Notes under the pieces: generated by a model | Told to the model about the DNA's origin: nothing | The model's database searches: none | What the model saw: only the letters and a program-made list of their open reading frames with translations | Position numbers and translations under genes: made by a program | Source of the DNA: a virus | Direction: 5' to 3' (one strand) | IMG/VR virus record: IMGVR_UViG_3300045976_000088 | Coordinates: 33,605 to 97,604 of that record | Length of the DNA: 64,000 nucleotides | Shown here: positions 27,401 through 37,019 of the stretch, piece after piece | How positions within the stretch are numbered: the stretch's first letter is position 1 | Layout of the letters: every line of letters starts with the position of its first letter

Positions 27401-30400
27401 GTGCGCAAATGGCGCTGGTCGAGCCTGCGGCGCTCCCTTGCGACCGGCAAGGGCATCGTGGCCGACGACGTGGGCCTTGGCAAGACGCTGGGCGGCCTGC
27501 TGCTCGCTCGCATGGCGAAGATCGACGGGCGCGCCAAGAAGCCGATCATCGTCGTGCCAAAGTCGGTACTCGCCAACTGGTACAGCGAGACGCAGACCTG
27601 GTTCCCGAGCTCGCGCGTGCTCACCATCGGCGCCAACTTCAGCGAAGGCAAAGACGGCGAGCTCGTCGGGCGCGACGACGATCCGATCGAGCGCAAGCGC
27701 AAGTACCACGACCTGACGCAGAACGATTACGACTTCGTGATCATCAGCGAGCCGGCGTTCGAGGAGGTCGACCTTAACCCCGAGCTCAAAGAGGGGTACT
27801 ACAGCGACGATTTTTGGGTGCAGCGCGGCGACAAGCTGGGCAACGCCGGCGACAAGCGACGCAAGCGCATCAAGGAGCAGTACGAGCAGTCCATCGCCTC
27901 GCGCGAGTTCCAGGACCGCACCGACGCGATCTACTTCGACCAGCTGGGCGTCGACATGCTGCTGGCCGACGAGATGCACCACCAGAAGAACCTCTACGCC
28001 GCCAAGGCGCGCTTCGGCGAGCAACCGAAGTTCCTCGGCGGCCAGGGCCTGTCGAACCGCGCGCTCGACTTCAACCTCAAGACGCGCTGGGTGCGCGAGC
28101 AGAACGATGGCAAGGGCGTCTACGGCCTGACGGCCACGCCGACCAAGAACAGCCCGCTCGAAATCTACTCGATGCTGTCGCACGTAGCGCCCGAAGCATT
28201 CGAGAAGATCGGCGTGCGCAACAGCGAGGAGTTCCTGGACCGCTTCTGCGAGTTCACGAACGACAAGGTTCTGTCGACCAGCGGCGACATCGAGGATGCG
28301 CTGGTGGTGTCGGGCTTCAAGAACCTGACCGAGCTGCGCGAGATCATGGCGCGCTTCATCGACCGCCGCACCGCGGAAATGGTCGGGCTTGAGCTGCCTA
28401 AGCGCGACGACAAGCTGCACCTGGTGGGCATGACACCCAAGCAGGAGGAGGTCTACGCCAGCCTGCGCGAGCTCGCGGCCGAGGCCAAGGAGAAGGACTC
28501 CACGGGCGACGCGCACATCTTCTCCGTGATGGACAAGATGAACAAGGCGGCGCTCGACCTGGCGCTGCTCGGCGCCGAGCATGCCGGCGCGCGCAGCCCG
28601 AAGTACGACGCGATCGCCACGCAGGTGAAGGCGGGCCTGAAGGATGGCGCGCAGATCGTCTTCAGCGAGTACATCGACTCGCACGACCGGTTGGTGGCCG
28701 CGCTGGTCGACGCCGGCGTGCCGCGGAACCGCATCGGTGTGATCAACGCGAAGGTGGCGAGCAGCGCCGTGAAGCGCCAGAACATCGCCGAGGCGCTGAA
28801 CAACGGCAAGCTCGACGTGGTGATCGGCAATGCGACGATGGCCGAAGGCCTCAACATGCAGAAGCGCACCACCGACATCCACCACGCCGACGTGCCGTGG
28901 GAACCGGCGACGCTGCAGCAGCGCAACGGACGGGGCCTGCGTCAGGGCAACTACAACGAGGCCGTTCGCATCCACACCTACCTGTCCAAGGGCAGCTTCG
29001 ACGGCTACCGGTACCAGGCCGTGCGCGCTAAGAAGGACTGGCAAGACCTGCTATGGAACGGCGGAGATCGCGTCGAGAACCTGGCGCGCGAGGGCCAGTT
29101 CAGCCGCGAAGACCTGAACATCATGCTGGCGGCCGACCCCGAGGCAGCGCGCGCCGCCTACGAGAAGGACAAGTCCGCGGCGCAGCAGCGCTATGACGCC
29201 GGCCAGCGCCAGGCCGCGAACGAGCAGTTCGTGCGCTTCCAGGATATGACGCGCAGCTACGGCGCGCTGAAGAACAAGAACACCGCGAGCGCGACGCGGC
29301 TGCGCCAGAAGCTGGAGAGCGCGAAGACGGCGCTGTTCAACAACAAGTATTTCACCCACAAGCCGGCGCTCGACAGCGCGACCGACGTGCTGATCGAGCC
29401 GAGCAGTGGCACCGCGCTGCACGCTGGCGTCGGCCTCGACTACGGCAAGGAAGGCCGGTTCGTCGTGTCGGGCGTCAACGCGCGCGCAGGCACCGTGACG
29501 ATGCGGCGCTACGCCGAGGTGAGTGGTGGCAGCGCGGTGACGGTGCCGCTGAGCGAACTGGCTTCTGGCATCAAGCCGTTCGCGGTCGACAAGGACGCCG
29601 AGGCGGCCGAGGTGCGCGTCAAGCTGGAGAGTGCAGCAGCCGAGAAGCTGAACAGCTTGAAGTCCTGGGACGATGTGAAAACCATGCCATCTTCGGTGCT
29701 GGAGGCGAACCACGACCTGATTCAGCGACAGATCAAGGAAGGCGCCAAGAGCTACAAATTCAGCATGCCTTACGGCTCGGTTCCCATGGTCGACAAGCAG
29801 ACCGGTGAGCTCAAGATGGTTGAGAGCTACGAGCACACCAAGCTGCACGACACGCACGACTACTTGCTGCCGACCGAGGCGGCTAAGGAGAAGGCAATCC
29901 AAGCGTGGATGCAGGCCCGGCGAGAGGCCGAGGTCGGCAGCGAGTACGTGCACACTGGCAAGGGACGCAGCCAGAAGTCGACCCGCATGACGGCGCGCAC
30001 CTACAAGGGTGCCAGGTACGACGCGCGCACGCGCAATCCATTCACCGGTCTGCTGGGCGAGCTTGGCGGCAAGTCGTCCACCTACGGCGTCGACGGGCCG
30101 CTGGTGAAGGAGGCAAAGCGCCGCCTTGAAGTTGAGCAGCTGCATCGAATCAAGCACGCCGGCAGCCTGGAGGGCATCGTCGACGCTCTCGTGCCGCTTG
30201 CGAAGCTGGAAGGCAGCGAGAGCAGCATGGTCGCGCGCTACCCGGAAAAGGCGCTGGCATCGGCCTGGGCGCGCGCGCGCCATCTCGGGCTGCTCGACAA
30301 GCCGATGCCGCGCGGCAAGCACGGACACTACGCCGTCGGCCAGGCGACCGCATACGGCGCGCCGGAGCGCAGTGCTCACAACGCGCTGGTGCAGCTCGCC

Positions 30401-30748
30401 GCGGCCGCCGGCAGGCACGACCTGGCCGAGGCGATGGTTGCCAGCGCGGAGCGGCACGCGCAGCATGTCAACACGCCGGAGACCGCATCGGTGCTGACCA
30501 AGCACTACACGCCGAACACGCGCCGCCTGCGGCAGATCCGCGCGATCGCCGAGCGGCATGGGATGGCCGACAAGACGCTGGGGCAGTTGCGAGAGCACCG
30601 GCTGGGCGGCAACTTCTCGGTGCCGAGCGGCTACGGATATGACCCGGTTGGCATGCGCAACCAGGGCACAACGTTCATGGATAAGTGGAACGAACTCCAC
30701 GACCTGGCGAAACGCCGCGAGGCCGAGCCGCAGAAGGAGGCCGCATGA
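24458..30748 (+). CDS. DarB-like N6-adenine methyltransferase plus SNF2 helicase fusion (2096 aa)
   Basis: LEPSCGTG and GNPPY (MTase); DDVGLGKT, DEMH, TATP and QRNGRGLRQGN (SF2/SNF2). Confidence 0.88.
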   Translation: MIIFLKKSQFALFDAPVHVAPHVRKDGVVVAAHTRIQKVRPKAPAPQQRTLFGDEQEKQKRSKLDAWIAKHGGLRAIASILATVTEGQQQHLFDLMAKLGGKTPAEIASMFDGLAEKAPEKGETPDLFAQPAATEKPAEAPAPEPKKKRAPRKAKETEADTRQSEVASAIRAAVGSSSPLGRPFPITVSFGGREQRFMARIDALARGKNKGAIHLMQVVQGRIVKGDEVGPIARYFVLTGKDELKDDKQLPHRVSDEEKAKFDQAFQAAQPEPAPVPAPAPHDRDAPFGVAAGITKAARREINAEVARLVAEGQVDKDLFRQYSGNGGCGDSLNEYYTDPDVARAMWDVLARLGAEHGTALEPSCGTGVFLHTAPAGFRVTGVELDPTSAAVALALHGDRHEINTASLERFATTDDRQFDVVIGNPPYGPRGFLAKDDKVGMTTAEAYFCDTALDKCKPGGLVALVVPTGIMDSSRNRSLREQLLVKGQFLGALRMPNTAFEHSHTEVTTDVVFLRKRPDDVVGALQTVPQEKLQQLGVWDDDFLAGTYFTEGRGAGNVLGTLEAGWRAKAGIGNDITVTGSMAGVPEAIREFAPHPESVGVADLTVPQILEALPEGAMRDAALSASFRRPYTNTAKIGDTKTVDGVTYVLQGNPPRWHRVDEFMATTAVADAAPLAARIEAAMDGGDREGLAEAVRAYVEQHGIPADNPELMTAASVDKTLFRLVGAVNRKGELSDAVLGRAPRKIEGSFETQAEALALDEKRSFTADELAERVGRDVDSVVDQLTADARYAYLGDGRWTTMSAYLTGELWPKLDAARAALAAGAGELQGKLEQQAKRLEETIAPRALDEVDFQINSAFLPLHVLEAFFNWRQFDGPEANEWTRKQPPISIKFGDGVYTIEGGLSWSTSKLLDKYLNRSGVKKDEKPEIDSLNEEFKSWLCGSQYRDAVEELYNRKFRGYVGEDYSDAPIDVPGLTTDRDVRKWRWSSLRRSLATGKGIVADDVGLGKTLGGLLLARMAKIDGRAKKPIIVVPKSVLANWYSETQTWFPSSRVLTIGANFSEGKDGELVGRDDDPIERKRKYHDLTQNDYDFVIISEPAFEEVDLNPELKEGYYSDDFWVQRGDKLGNAGDKRRKRIKEQYEQSIASREFQDRTDAIYFDQLGVDMLLADEMHHQKNLYAAKARFGEQPKFLGGQGLSNRALDFNLKTRWVREQNDGKGVYGLTATPTKNSPLEIYSMLSHVAPEAFEKIGVRNSEEFLDRFCEFTNDKVLSTSGDIEDALVVSGFKNLTELREIMARFIDRRTAEMVGLELPKRDDKLHLVGMTPKQEEVYASLRELAAEAKEKDSTGDAHIFSVMDKMNKAALDLALLGAEHAGARSPKYDAIATQVKAGLKDGAQIVFSEYIDSHDRLVAALVDAGVPRNRIGVINAKVASSAVKRQNIAEALNNGKLDVVIGNATMAEGLNMQKRTTDIHHADVPWEPATLQQRNGRGLRQGNYNEAVRIHTYLSKGSFDGYRYQAVRAKKDWQDLLWNGGDRVENLAREGQFSREDLNIMLAADPEAARAAYEKDKSAAQQRYDAGQRQAANEQFVRFQDMTRSYGALKNKNTASATRLRQKLESAKTALFNNKYFTHKPALDSATDVLIEPSSGTALHAGVGLDYGKEGRFVVSGVNARAGTVTMRRYAEVSGGSAVTVPLSELASGIKPFAVDKDAEAAEVRVKLESAAAEKLNSLKSWDDVKTMPSSVLEANHDLIQRQIKEGAKSYKFSMPYGSVPMVDKQTGELKMVESYEHTKLHDTHDYLLPTEAAKEKAIQAWMQARREAEVGSEYVHTGKGRSQKSTRMTARTYKGARYDARTRNPFTGLLGELGGKSSTYGVDGPLVKEAKRRLEVEQLHRIKHAGSLEGIVDALVPLAKLEGSESSMVARYPEKALASAWARARHLGLLDKPMPRGKHGHYAVGQATAYGAPERSAHNALVQLAAAAGRHDLAEAMVASAERHAQHVNTPETASVLTKHYTPNTRRLRQIRAIAERHGMADKTLGQLREHRLGGNFSVPSGYGYDPVGMRNQGTTFMDKWNELHDLAKRREAEPQKEAA

Positions 30749-31071
30749 TCGACCCCAAGACCTTCGCAGCCAGCACGCTGCAGCTGCTGCAGCAGGATCC
30801 GCGGCGCTACCGCAACTTCGGCTGTTACTGGTGGCTGGTGAAGGCGCTGCTGAAGCAGTTCTACACGCGCGACAACCTGCATCTGCTGGGCGACTACAGC
30901 GACCCGGAGGCTATGGAGCGCATGCCGGCGCACACAGACCTGCAGGAGGCTCTGGCGGCCGCGATCAATGAGTACCAGGCCAACGCCAGCTATGGCGCCG
31001 GCGCCGTCGAAGTGCCAGACCAGGCCGGCGGCGGCACGTTCTTGCTGGTGGACCCGGATGCCACGTCCTAG
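30745..31071 (+). CDS. Hypothetical protein
   Basis: AAGGAGG SD; ATGA coupling. Confidence 0.7.
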   Translation: MIDPKTFAASTLQLLQQDPRRYRNFGCYWWLVKALLKQFYTRDNLHLLGDYSDPEAMERMPAHTDLQEALAAAINEYQANASYGAGAVEVPDQAGGGTFLLVDPDATS

Positions 31072-31174
31072 AATCTCCCCACGGCCAGCGCTTCCGCTGC
31101 GTCGTCGATCCTGACCCGGACCAGAAGGCGGGCAATCCCCGGGCAAAGGTTCACCACCCGCAATCGAGCGCACA

Positions 31175-31203
31175 GGGGCCGCCTTCGGGCGGCTCCGTTC
31201 TTT
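31175..31203 (+). terminator. Rho-independent terminator
   Basis: GGGGCCGCC-TTCG-GGCGGCTCC followed by a T-rich tail. Confidence 0.7.
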
Positions 31204-31208
31204 CCGGG

Positions 31209-31229
31209 TCGTGAGGCGATCATGCTGGC
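31209..31229 (+). promoter_or_regulatory. TCGTGA-box promoter, leaderless type
   Basis: TCGTGA-ggc-GATCAT-gctggc-ATG(31230). Confidence 0.7.
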
Positions 31230-34200
31230 ATGAAGCCGGTTCTCCTCCTGAAATCGAAGATCCCCGAGGGGGCCCGCTGGATCACGGTGCACCCCAACGG
31301 CCCCGGCACCGAGGGCCAGCCGGTGCTGATCCAGCCGAACCCTGACGGCACCGCGCACGTGATCGGCGGCGCCGGTGGCAAGCTCAACTACCTGAAGCTC
31401 CGCGGCGTTCGCAAGGAAAGCGAGTACAAGCGCGAGGCCGAGGAGCGCAAGAAGGCAAGGACCGAGGCGGCGAAGGAGCAGCGCCAACGGGACAAAGAGG
31501 CCGGCATCCTGGAGTCGAAGAACAAGGCCCGGGAGAACCTGCGCCTGCAACAGCGCCAGCACGAGCGCGAGTTCGTCGAGACGGTGGGCCGCGCGCTCGG
31601 CTGGGATCCGAAGGAGATGCAGTTCCCGGAGGAGGACTACGCGCACCTGTCGGATGCCGCGCAGGCCAAGCTGCGGCAGAAGTTTCACCGGCAGCTGATG
31701 CAGCGAGCCAACGAGGCCATTGAGCTGCAGCGCCAGCGTCTGGTGACCGACAGCGCGGCGCGCATGCAGGCTGGCATCGGCGAGGTGCCGCTGACCGCGC
31801 GCGACGACTCCACCCTGTCGGTGCAGGATCTTGCGCCCATCCAGGAGAACCCCGGCGGCTTGGGTTTCGCGCAGGACTTCAAGAAGCGCGCGGAGGCGGC
31901 AGGCGCCGGCGAGGAGGAGATCAAGGCCGAGGCCGACAAGCTGAAGCAGGCTAAGCAGCAGCAGCTGAGCGAGGGTCAGCGCCGTGCGGCGGTCGATCGT
32001 GGCGAGACGGCGAAGCTGGTCAAGCAGGAGCTGCAGGGCATCCGCGAGCCGGCGGCGCCGAAGGCTACCGCCGACCTGGCCGACGCCAAGCGGGCCGTCG
32101 AGCTCATGAAGGCGCGCAAGAAGCTGCAGCAAATCCAGCAGAAGGCGCGCGCGGCCGCCGCCGAGATCGACAAGTCGGCCACCGAACCGAAGGCCTACGT
32201 GCTGCAGTACGAGGCCGAGCCGGACGAAAAGCTCGACGCGAAGATCGCCGAGGAGGTCAACAACGACCTGCGCACAGTGCAGACCCTGGCGTTCCTGTCG
32301 GAGGTTCAGCGCTTGGCCGGCGGCGACCCCACCGAGACCCTTGGCAAACACATTGGCATCGGCGCCTACAACTCGGTCAACTCGCTGGCGCTGGCCGTCG
32401 GCGGCGATGCGCTGGTCGACCGGTCGGTGGTCGACGTGCTGGGCATCGCCGGCGCCGCGCAGGTGCTCGCGCGCCGCATCCACGGCGACCTGCCGGACCA
32501 GGTGGAGCGCATCACCGAGGGGGTTCAGGATTTCCACCTGCACCACTACATGGACACCAGCACCGAAGCGCTTGCGCAGGCGCAGGAGCTGATGGACGCG
32601 GCGAAGGAAATCGAGCTGGGCGAGGCCGCCAATGGGGCCGACCTGCAGGTGGCGCAGGAGCTCAATTCGCGCCGGCGCCGCGCCATCGGCGACGCGCAGA
32701 AGATCCTCGGCCAGGCACTTGGCGAGATGGAGGCAAACGCCGCGCTGGTGGTTGCGCTGAAGCAGGGCCGTAAAGACTCTTTCCAGGTCAGCCTCGGCAA
32801 GGCCAGCCCGGAGGCTGCGATCACGCAGGCGCGCGCGATCGGCCTGCAGCGCGGCGACTACACCATCGAGCACGTCGCCGGCGACACGTTCCTGACCGTC
32901 AACGGCGCCGGCCTCGACCGCCTGGCGAAGCCCGTCAACCGCGCAGACCTGGAGCAGGTGCAGCGTAACCTGGCAATCATCCGCGGCGACCACGACGAGG
33001 AGGATTGGCTGCCGGAAGGCGTCGCGCGGCGACCTGACCTGGTGATGGACGTCAAGCCCGGCGTCGCGCCGCGGCTCGCGCAGCCGTTCGCGCCAAGCGG
33101 CGACCTGGAGCAGTCCCTGCGCGACTACATCGGCGGCCGCGCAGCCGACGGCGATGCGCCAGGCGACATCGTGGCCGACATCCAGTCGGCCGACTTCTTC
33201 CAGCGCGTGGGATTCGATCGCGCCGAGGCCTACCGCCAGGCGCTCGATGCCGTGGCGCCGCTCAAGGACGCCGACGGCAACCAGCAGCGCGCCGAGGCAC
33301 TGGCCGAGCACTTCGACCGGTTGGCCGACGATTTCGTGCAGCGCCATCACGGTGGCGAGCGCTCGACGCTGAACAAGCAGGCCTTCGACGTCGACGACAA
33401 GGCCACCGACGCGCTGCACCGCGCCCTGGCCGAGCACCCTGAGGGCGTGGCAGCCTACAAGCAGATCGGCGAGCTCACACACCAGGACCAGCGCGCGCTG
33501 CGCGAGTTCTTCCACGCGAACATCGCCAAGGAATCGCCCGAAGCAACCGCGCTGCGCCGCGATCTGGAGCAACACCAGGCCAACGAGCCGGAGCGCGAGA
33601 CCACGGATATGTTCGGCGAGACCGTGCCGAATCCCGAGCACGGCGAGTGGCGCGCGCGCCACGACGAGCTGTCGACCAAGGTCAACGCTTCGTCGCTGAA
33701 CTGGGCGAAGTACGCGGAAGCCATGGGCGGCCACGAGCGCGCCTACGAGGTGGTGCAGGACTTGATCAAGTCGCGCGTTGGCCGCGCGTTCGCCGACCAC
33801 TACAACCGGCTGAACCCCGGCAAGCCGCTGAAGGTCGGCAAGTCCGTCATCCGCAACAACCTGCACCACCTCGACGCCACCGACCCCGAGGCGCGCGAGC
33901 GGCGCGAGCAGCAGCACCGCGCGCTGGTCGACAGCCTGCGCGAGCGGTCGCAGGGCCGCTACGCCGCCGGCAGCGTCAGCGAGAAGCTGGATGCGGCGCG
34001 CGAGCAGCGCGAGGCCTTCGAGCAAGCGCAGATGGGGTTCTTCTCGGCCGAGGAGGCGCCGCAGGCTGCGGCCGCCGACAAGCCAATCGAGCTATCCGGC
34101 GATGAGCGGCACACCATCGGCCACGTGGCCGAGCGCCAAATCGCCGGCATGATGGGCAAGGTGGGCGCCAACTTCAAACCCGGCAAGCCGCTGCGCCTGT

Positions 34201-35771
34201 GGCAGCCGAGCATGAGCGGCGGAAAGAACGCGGCTCGCCAGCGCCTGGTGAAGATGGTTGCCGCCAACAAGCGCGTGGTGGCCGCGTTCGGCACCGGCTC
34301 CGGCAAGACGCTGCTGGAGATGGCAGCCTTCACCCACGCGCACGCGAGCAACCCCAGCAGCCGCGGCCTGATCCTGGTGCCGAGCGTGGTGCAGGGCCAG
34401 TTCGGCGGCGAGGCGCTGCGCTACCTGGAGCCAGGCAAGTACAAGTGGCACTGCGAGCCTGGCGCGGCGCGCGAGCAGCGCATCGCAGCCTACAAGGATC
34501 CATCGCACCACTTCTGCGTCATGACGCACCAGTCGTTCCGCGACGACATGATGCACCTGGGAGCCAAAGCGGCCGGGATCAGCGAGCAGGAGATGGCCGA
34601 TCGTGTGGGCGCGATGACGCCGGCCGAACGCAAAGGCTGGATGCGTGAGCTCATGCAGCGCGAGGGCATCCACTTCAACTACCTTGCCAACGACGAGAGC
34701 CAGAACGCGCTGAATCGGGCCGGCAAGGACAACTCCGGCCTTGCCAACGTGGTCGACGCGCTGGGCGACAACGCCGAGTACCTGCTGCACGCCAGCGGCG
34801 ACCCGGTGAAGAACGACGCCAGCGAGGCCTTCGACCTACTGTCTAAGATGGACCGCGAGCGCTACAACGACCGTGCCGCGTTCATGCGGCGCTACGGCGC
34901 CGACACGCTGGCGGCCAAAGACGCGCTGAAGCGCGAGATGGCCCGCTACGTCTACCCGAGCCGGATCGACCCGGACGTGCAAGCCCACAAACAGGAGTCG
35001 AAACTTGCCCTTTCCGACGGTCAGCGAAAGTCCCTCACTGAGCTCGACAAGGCCTTTGCGTCGGCGCGCCTGGCCCGCATGCAGGGGAAGGTCGACGTGG
35101 AGGCGATGCGAACGATTTCGCCTACTTCGTTTGCTGGCGTGGATGCCGCCGAACACGAGAATGTTGCGCGCGAGCTGCAGAGGAATCTTGGCATCCTGAA
35201 GTCGGCGGCCGTGCGCCGGGTGATCAACACTCACCCGGAAAACCCGGTGCTCGACGACATTGCCAAGAAGGCTTCAGAGCGCCAGGGAAAGCCTGGCGTC
35301 GTGTTCGCCCACTCGCTGCAGCAGGTCAAGATGATTGCCGAGCGCCTGCAGAAGGAGGGGCACCGCGTGGTCATGATCACTGGCGCCGACAGCGCACAGG
35401 AGAAGGAGCGCAAGCGGCTGATGTTCCGACCGGAGAAGGGTGAAGCTGAAGCCGACATCCTGGTGGCCTCCGACGCCGGCGCCACCGGCATGAACCTGCA
35501 GCGCGGTCAGTGGCTGTACCAAGCTGACACCCCGGACACCGCGATGACGCACGCGCAGCGCCGCGGCCGCATTTACCGAACCGGTCAGCAGAACGACGTC
35601 GAGCTGATCGACGCGGTGCCGGACCACCCGGAGGTCCACCGGGCCCGTGATCGGCTGATGAAGAAGTACGGCCTGCGCGAGCTTATGACGTCGCCGATGG
35701 AGGGGTTGGATGACACTGGCGTGGCCTACTACCTGAAGCAGGCGCAAGTTGCGAAAGATAATCCTTTTTGA
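31230..35771 (+). CDS. Large SNF2/SF2 helicase-like protein (1513 aa)
   Basis: FGTGSGKT, DESQ, SGDP, GATGMNLQ and QRRGRIYRTGQ motifs; long helical N-terminus. Confidence 0.8.
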   Translation: MKPVLLLKSKIPEGARWITVHPNGPGTEGQPVLIQPNPDGTAHVIGGAGGKLNYLKLRGVRKESEYKREAEERKKARTEAAKEQRQRDKEAGILESKNKARENLRLQQRQHEREFVETVGRALGWDPKEMQFPEEDYAHLSDAAQAKLRQKFHRQLMQRANEAIELQRQRLVTDSAARMQAGIGEVPLTARDDSTLSVQDLAPIQENPGGLGFAQDFKKRAEAAGAGEEEIKAEADKLKQAKQQQLSEGQRRAAVDRGETAKLVKQELQGIREPAAPKATADLADAKRAVELMKARKKLQQIQQKARAAAAEIDKSATEPKAYVLQYEAEPDEKLDAKIAEEVNNDLRTVQTLAFLSEVQRLAGGDPTETLGKHIGIGAYNSVNSLALAVGGDALVDRSVVDVLGIAGAAQVLARRIHGDLPDQVERITEGVQDFHLHHYMDTSTEALAQAQELMDAAKEIELGEAANGADLQVAQELNSRRRRAIGDAQKILGQALGEMEANAALVVALKQGRKDSFQVSLGKASPEAAITQARAIGLQRGDYTIEHVAGDTFLTVNGAGLDRLAKPVNRADLEQVQRNLAIIRGDHDEEDWLPEGVARRPDLVMDVKPGVAPRLAQPFAPSGDLEQSLRDYIGGRAADGDAPGDIVADIQSADFFQRVGFDRAEAYRQALDAVAPLKDADGNQQRAEALAEHFDRLADDFVQRHHGGERSTLNKQAFDVDDKATDALHRALAEHPEGVAAYKQIGELTHQDQRALREFFHANIAKESPEATALRRDLEQHQANEPERETTDMFGETVPNPEHGEWRARHDELSTKVNASSLNWAKYAEAMGGHERAYEVVQDLIKSRVGRAFADHYNRLNPGKPLKVGKSVIRNNLHHLDATDPEARERREQQHRALVDSLRERSQGRYAAGSVSEKLDAAREQREAFEQAQMGFFSAEEAPQAAAADKPIELSGDERHTIGHVAERQIAGMMGKVGANFKPGKPLRLWQPSMSGGKNAARQRLVKMVAANKRVVAAFGTGSGKTLLEMAAFTHAHASNPSSRGLILVPSVVQGQFGGEALRYLEPGKYKWHCEPGAAREQRIAAYKDPSHHFCVMTHQSFRDDMMHLGAKAAGISEQEMADRVGAMTPAERKGWMRELMQREGIHFNYLANDESQNALNRAGKDNSGLANVVDALGDNAEYLLHASGDPVKNDASEAFDLLSKMDRERYNDRAAFMRRYGADTLAAKDALKREMARYVYPSRIDPDVQAHKQESKLALSDGQRKSLTELDKAFASARLARMQGKVDVEAMRTISPTSFAGVDAAEHENVARELQRNLGILKSAAVRRVINTHPENPVLDDIAKKASERQGKPGVVFAHSLQQVKMIAERLQKEGHRVVMITGADSAQEKERKRLMFRPEKGEAEADILVASDAGATGMNLQRGQWLYQADTPDTAMTHAQRRGRIYRTGQQNDVELIDAVPDHPEVHRARDRLMKKYGLRELMTSPMEGLDDTGVAYYLKQAQVAKDNPF

Positions 35772-35783
35772 GACACTGCGCCC

Positions 35784-36044
35784 ATGAACAACCCGCCGAT
35801 CGACGACACCCGACGCCGCCTTGGTGAGCTTGGCGCCATGGCTGCGCAGGTCGACGAGGCTGAGCGCGGCATCCTCGCGCGTGCTGAGAAGCGGCTGGCT
35901 GAGGTCGAGAAGATCATCGAGCACAATCGCACGGCATCGCTTTCTGGTGATCCTGAAGGGGTGCGCGACTACCTCGATGCAATCGAGGAGCGCGGCCATC
36001 TCCAGCAGGTCATCGCCCAGGCGCGCGTGAACCTCCCGAACTGA
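35784..36044 (+). CDS. Hypothetical protein
   Basis: 86-aa helical ORF before a terminator. Confidence 0.6.
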   Translation: MNNPPIDDTRRRLGELGAMAAQVDEAERGILARAEKRLAEVEKIIEHNRTASLSGDPEGVRDYLDAIEERGHLQQVIAQARVNLPN

Positions 36045-36066
36045 CCACGCTACCGGTGGACCCGTT

Positions 36067-36090
36067 GGCCGCTTTCGAGCGGCCTTTTTT
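36067..36090 (+). terminator. Rho-independent terminator
   Basis: GGCCGCT-TTCG-AGCGGCC followed by T6. Confidence 0.88.
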
Positions 36091-36116
36091 GTTCGTGCGC
36101 ACACACGTCTAAAGAG

Positions 36117-36137
36117 TCGTGACGCCAGACTCGGCTC
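36117..36137 (+). promoter_or_regulatory. TCGTGA-box promoter, leaderless type (head operon)
   Basis: TCGTGA-cgc-CAGACT-cggctc-ATG(36138). Confidence 0.72.
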
Positions 36138-37019
36138 ATGCGTAATGACGCCGAACTGCTTGCAGCCGTACCCGATTTCATCTCGGTAGGCGGCCTGCTC
36201 AAAGCAACCCCGTCCGAGGACGGGGGGCGGCGCATTCTCTACTTCGAGGCCAGCAACGAGGACCGCGACATCCAGAACGAGGTGGTGCTGCAGAAGGCAC
36301 TCGAAGCCTCGTCGGACTACTACCTGCGCCACGGCAACCTCGATCTGGAGCACTTCACCGTCATCGGTGCCAAGGTCGGCATTCCGAACTACCACGAGTA
36401 CGAGATCGGCAAGCCCTGCGAGGTGCAGGTCAACGGCAAGAAGACGTTCGTCAAGGCCGAGCTCTACCGCGGCGACAGCGCGATGGCGCGCAACGCCGAT
36501 ATGGTGTGGGACAGCATCACCAAGCAGGATCCGCCGGCGCGCTGGTACCCAAGCGTCGGCGGATCGGTGCTCGACAAGAGCGTGAAACTGGACCCGAAGA
36601 CGGGTGAAAAGATCGCTGTCGTCGAGCGCGTGCGCTGGAACAACACCGCGCTTTCGCGCACACCTGTGAACAAGTCCGTCGGAACGGTCAGCACCGCACC
36701 GGTCGGCATCTTCGCGAAGTCGCTCGGCGGCTTCGTGATCAAGGCACTCGAAGCGAGCTACGCAACCGACGCGGCCGGCAAGACCGGCGGCGCGGCGCTC
36801 GGCATGCAATCACTCGATCGCGGCGTCGCCAGCTACTGGGACTTCCGCGAGCGCCTGGCCGGCGACATGCGGTCGGGCGCGATCCAGAACCCGCGAGCGC
36901 GCGATCTCGTCGCGCACGCTGTGGAGCGGTTCGGTCTGTCTCACGACGAGGCTGCCGAGTACGTGGAGCGCTTTCTGCGCGATTTGAAAAACGGTCTCAA
37001 CAAACGGAGCAATCCATGA
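36138..37019 (+). CDS. Prohead protease
   Basis: ASNEDRDIQNEVV, LDLEH, SVGG and ALSRTPVN (HK97/herpes-fold protease pattern); located before the capsid gene. Confidence 0.8.
   Translation: MRNDAELLAAVPDFISVGGLLKATPSEDGGRRILYFEASNEDRDIQNEVVLQKALEASSDYYLRHGNLDLEHFTVIGAKVGIPNYHEYEIGKPCEVQVNGKKTFVKAELYRGDSAMARNADMVWDSITKQDPPARWYPSVGGSVLDKSVKLDPKTGEKIAVVERVRWNNTALSRTPVNKSVGTVSTAPVGIFAKSLGGFVIKALEASYATDAAGKTGGAALGMQSLDRGVASYWDFRERLAGDMRSGAIQNPRARDLVAHAVERFGLSHDEAAEYVERFLRDLKNGLNKRSNP

Noticed and set aside
25067-34025. Very long minus-strand ORFs (25067..29044, 31068..34025; likewise 48059..50167 and 37617..39173)
   Set aside because: Antisense shadows of GC3-biased plus-strand genes; no recognisable motifs or start signals
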